From the IMG/VR virus record IMGVR_UViG_3300037311_000172, positions 1 through 26,055 of that record: a stretch of 26,055 nucleotides of DNA. The stretch is one strand, 5' to 3'. Positions 23,420 through 26,055 of this stretch are shown piece by piece. The DNA comes from a virus (taxonomy: Duplodnaviria; Caudoviricetes). The notes beneath the pieces are model-generated. The model was not told the DNA's origin and did no database searches. It worked only from the letters and a program-made list of their open reading frames with translations. Every line of letters starts with the position of its first letter. Positions within the stretch are counted from its first letter, which is position 1. The translations under genes were made by a program, and so were the position numbers.

Positions 23420-25984
23420 CTACGCCGCTACGAAGTTGGTTCGAGGCGCAATGTCATGCTGAGGCGCGTGCACATAAGCGTTGATGACGTGAACTCCCTG
23501 CCACGCCGTGCAGGCATTCAAAAGGGTCTGGGTGCCTTTTGCCTCAGCATGGATCGCCGCAACACCACGAACAATCCAACGGTAGTCGTCCCTTGGAAAT
23601 GAGATTTGTCCGTTGCCAAACAGTGGCGTGGTCACCTGATCTGCGACTTTGCTGTTGAAAAACGCGGCGTAGTTCATGGGGTAAGGTGGGATCGCCGCGA
23701 TGTCGGCAAAGTTTGAACCGCCAGCATTTTGATTGCCGTCCGTATCCGGCCAGGCTGCCATGTAGGCGTAAAGCTCCGATGCCGTCAGAGGCTGCAAGCT
23801 GCTTCGCTCGATCGGGAAGTAGTACGTACGATAGATGTTGAAAAATCGATCCGGCGTGAGCTGAGTAGACAGCACCTCGGCCTGCTCAACTGAGTAGTCG
23901 CGCACGCGTTTTGCAAAGGGAAAGCCGGCCTCATAGGCTGCCTGCCACCCATAGCAAAAGTAGGCATGAGTCCAGCCGTTGGTTGTGCCGGGCCCGCCTG
24001 TGATTCCGCCAAATGTCTGGCTTGTGAACCGGGTGTTGTTGTTGCCAGGCTTGACGTTGCCCAAGATTAACCATCCATCGTTTGCGCTCATTTGCGGAGT
24101 GAAGCCGAGCGCTGTCGCGGATCCATTGGCCAGCACATAGTTGCGCCACCAGGTCACATCAGCTTGCACGTCTGCGCCAAAGGACGCGACCTCGGCGGCG
24201 GTCACAAGTTTCAAGCTGGCCGCCCAGCCTGTCGCGACGTCGACACCTGTCCAGTAGAGGTTTTGCAGCATAGGGTGATCGTCAGGCGTGAGCTGGTAAG
24301 CCCGTGCTAATGCCAGTACAGGCCAACCAATCCCGCGAAGCGCCCCATCGGTGATGAACGCCGTGCCCTTTCTGCGCGTGTAAGGAGTGATGCTGTAGGG
24401 TGCGTCTGTACCCTCCCCGCTGGTCCTGTACTCGGCGCACATCGACACCGACCCCACCATCTGCGCGAGCTCCATGAAGATCTGTTGACGCGTCATCAGA
24501 TACGCCATGTGTGAGGTGTGCGGCAGATGCTGGTTATCAACGTTCCAGCGCTGACCCATGTCGGTGATGGTTGAGCCGCGCTGTGTGATGTGGTCTACCG
24601 GATCGCCAATGTTCCAATACAGGCTTTGTGCCCATGCGAATGTTTGGCGGCTTCGACGATTGACCGGGTAGCCACGGCCCGAAATTGTCCCCGCCTTATC
24701 AAGCCAAAACCGGCCTGCAGGCGTGCCACCTTGACGGTGCTCTGTTAGGTGAATCTGGAAGCTTCCGGCTCGATAGGCCTTGTCGACGGCACTGCGACGC
24801 AGAACTGGATTGCCGCTCAGCGCGGCGTGCAAGACGATGCCGTCGACATGCCCGATTTCCTCGCGCCCGCCGCCCGTACTGGCGTTCTTGAACGACCATC
24901 CGCCCAGCTCAAAAATGCGCCGGTTTTCGGTGGTAATCGCGTTGAAATCTGCAGCGCGTTTGGTGACGCCAAACGAATCCGAGGCATAAACGTTCGAGGG
25001 GTCGATGTTAAGCATCCCGCCCGCAGACCTCCAGCCACCAAATGAATAGACGTACCAGACGTCATCAGCTCCAAAAGGATCGCCGCCAATCCAGTACTCG
25101 CGGGTCCAGTTCGCACCAGCTTGGTGAAATCGATTGAGATCTGTGTACACCGTCGTGCCACCGATCGATACGGCTACGTCGTAGCGCAGATCACCGATTC
25201 CATCGGTCATATCGTTCAAGGTGGTCATCACAACCTTTACGCGGCCGATTGTGTGCCAGTGCTCAATCTCGACCTGAAACCGAAGCTTCGCTCCTGTGAC
25301 AGGATAGGTGTAAGTGTACGTATCGGTAATGGTGTCCTTCACTTGGTAGTGGACACACACTGGGCCCGAATTCACCACCCGAGGTCCACGGTAATCGGAC
25401 CCAATCGTGGCGCCTGCAAAGATTGCCGCCACATCCCACGTCTGTGAGCCAGGGGCATCACCCGCTTGGTTCCGGATGTTCGTCAGAGCAAGTGATACAG
25501 CACCGAGCGCCATCTCGGTCGAGGCCTTTGCAACGCCAGACCCGCTGGTCGAGTTGGTCGCGCTTGCACCAAAGCTAATGACGGTAGCGTTGCCTTCCCC
25601 AGCCGGCGCGTCGCGCAGGATTTCGTATTGCGCTTGCTTCACCGAATTGTTCGGCCAGCGCTTCAAAACCTTCCACTGCTGTTGATTGGAAGGAATGGGC
25701 GTTCCCCCGACCCGAGCCACAGGAAACTGCCCAGACGGAACGTCGCCAGACTTAAACTCCGCAATTGCCGCCAAGGGAATATTGGCCCGCGCAGTCGCAT
25801 TGGTGGTGTAAAGCCGAGCTTCGTTGGGCTCGGTGCCTGAGCCAAGAAACATATCGGGCGTTGATGGAGCTGGCGCCGGACCAGGCGCGGGGCCCGGAGC
25901 ACCGCCACTTGGCCCGCCGCCCCACCCGTTTCCAACCCCTACAAGCCGGCGATGCAGGCGATGTTTTGGCTTCCACAAACTCAC
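23420..25984 (-). CDS. Large protein (854 aa) resembling PcRGLX/YetA-like (PL26-related) beta-sandwich plus alpha/alpha-toroid proteins
   Basis: QWKVLKRWPNNSVKQA, VNSGPV, DLRYDV, GGGREEIG, DNQHLP..HMAYLMT and LRGIGW motifs. GTG start at 25984 with GAGG SD and GTGA overlap with the upstream ORF. The CDS is solid; the family call is tentative. Confidence 0.62.
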   Translation of the reverse strand: MSLWKPKHRLHRRLVGVGNGWGGGPSGGAPGPAPGPAPAPSTPDMFLGSGTEPNEARLYTTNATARANIPLAAIAEFKSGDVPSGQFPVARVGGTPIPSNQQQWKVLKRWPNNSVKQAQYEILRDAPAGEGNATVISFGASATNSTSGSGVAKASTEMALGAVSLALTNIRNQAGDAPGSQTWDVAAIFAGATIGSDYRGPRVVNSGPVCVHYQVKDTITDTYTYTYPVTGAKLRFQVEIEHWHTIGRVKVVMTTLNDMTDGIGDLRYDVAVSIGGTTVYTDLNRFHQAGANWTREYWIGGDPFGADDVWYVYSFGGWRSAGGMLNIDPSNVYASDSFGVTKRAADFNAITTENRRIFELGGWSFKNASTGGGREEIGHVDGIVLHAALSGNPVLRRSAVDKAYRAGSFQIHLTEHRQGGTPAGRFWLDKAGTISGRGYPVNRRSRQTFAWAQSLYWNIGDPVDHITQRGSTITDMGQRWNVDNQHLPHTSHMAYLMTRQQIFMELAQMVGSVSMCAEYRTSGEGTDAPYSITPYTRRKGTAFITDGALRGIGWPVLALARAYQLTPDDHPMLQNLYWTGVDVATGWAASLKLVTAAEVASFGADVQADVTWWRNYVLANGSATALGFTPQMSANDGWLILGNVKPGNNNTRFTSQTFGGITGGPGTTNGWTHAYFCYGWQAAYEAGFPFAKRVRDYSVEQAEVLSTQLTPDRFFNIYRTYYFPIERSSLQPLTASELYAYMAAWPDTDGNQNAGGSNFADIAAIPPYPMNYAAFFNSKVADQVTTPLFGNGQISFPRDDYRWIVRGVAAIHAEAKGTQTLLNACTAWQGVHVINAYVHAPQHDIAPRTNFVAA

Positions 25985-26055
25985 GCTACTTGCCTCGCTT
26001 GATGGCTCATTGTTTCGCGGCGCTCTCGCGCAAAGATCGTGCACAGATGCCACGC
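25981..26055 (-). CDS. 3' end of an upstream gene (partial)
   Basis: Frame open from the window edge: AWHLCTIFARERRETMSHQARQVA*, with TGA overlapping the next GTG. Confidence 0.5.
   Translation of the reverse strand, partial: AWHLCTIFARERRETMSHQARQVA

Larger units (their letters stand above)
56..26055 (-). mobile_element. Lambda-like siphoviral prophage (late region) integrated at tRNA-Asn; continues beyond the right edge
   Basis: Contiguous terminase-portal-capsid-tail-lysis genes ending about 140 bp from a tRNA 3' fragment. Confidence 0.95.

Noticed and set aside
244-23422. Amber-to-sense recoding of the phage genome
   Set aside because: TAG ends genes at natural boundaries (244, 13238, 23420) and no structural gene has an internal TAG.
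25985-26053. ORF-track upstream starts (26053; also 16700, 13287, 5798, 4788, 744)
   Set aside because: Downstream starts have SD sequences or stop-start overlaps, and the extensions overlap upstream genes.
1591-26055. Diversity-generating retroelement or invertase shufflon acting on J or the Ig proteins
   Set aside because: No reverse transcriptase, invertase or TR/VR-like repeat pair is visible in the window; one outside it cannot be excluded.

Overview
The window holds the left boundary and virion-morphogenesis/lysis half of a lambda-like (cos-type, long non-contractile tail) prophage integrated at tRNA-Asn, in a GC-rich host that is probably a betaproteobacterium (inference). The duplicated 3' half of tRNA-Asn(GTT) marks the att junction at 56-100. 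Almost all genes lie on the minus strand and most are coupled by ATGA/TGATG/TAATG overlaps. In transcription order (right to left): a four-gene accessory module (854-aa PcRGLX/YetA-like toroid protein, beta-sandwich plus poly-Gly protein, hypothetical, cadherin/Ig protein); gpZ-like neck gene; a lambda-like cos site; TerS, TerL, gpW, portal; collagen/CBM fibre and partner; protease-capsid fusion; DUF2190; FII; tail terminator; tail tube; G/GT chaperone with a -1 frameshift; tape measure; Dit, L-like, K-like, J; fibre chaperone; amidase; Rz/Rz1. The one plus-strand gene, split in the ORF track, is a signal-peptide plus PEP-CTERM-like moron (19512-20261). It has its own enhancer-IHF-sigma54 promoter and is interrupted by a single in-frame TAG. 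All family assignments come from motif recognition by eye; no database searches were run.
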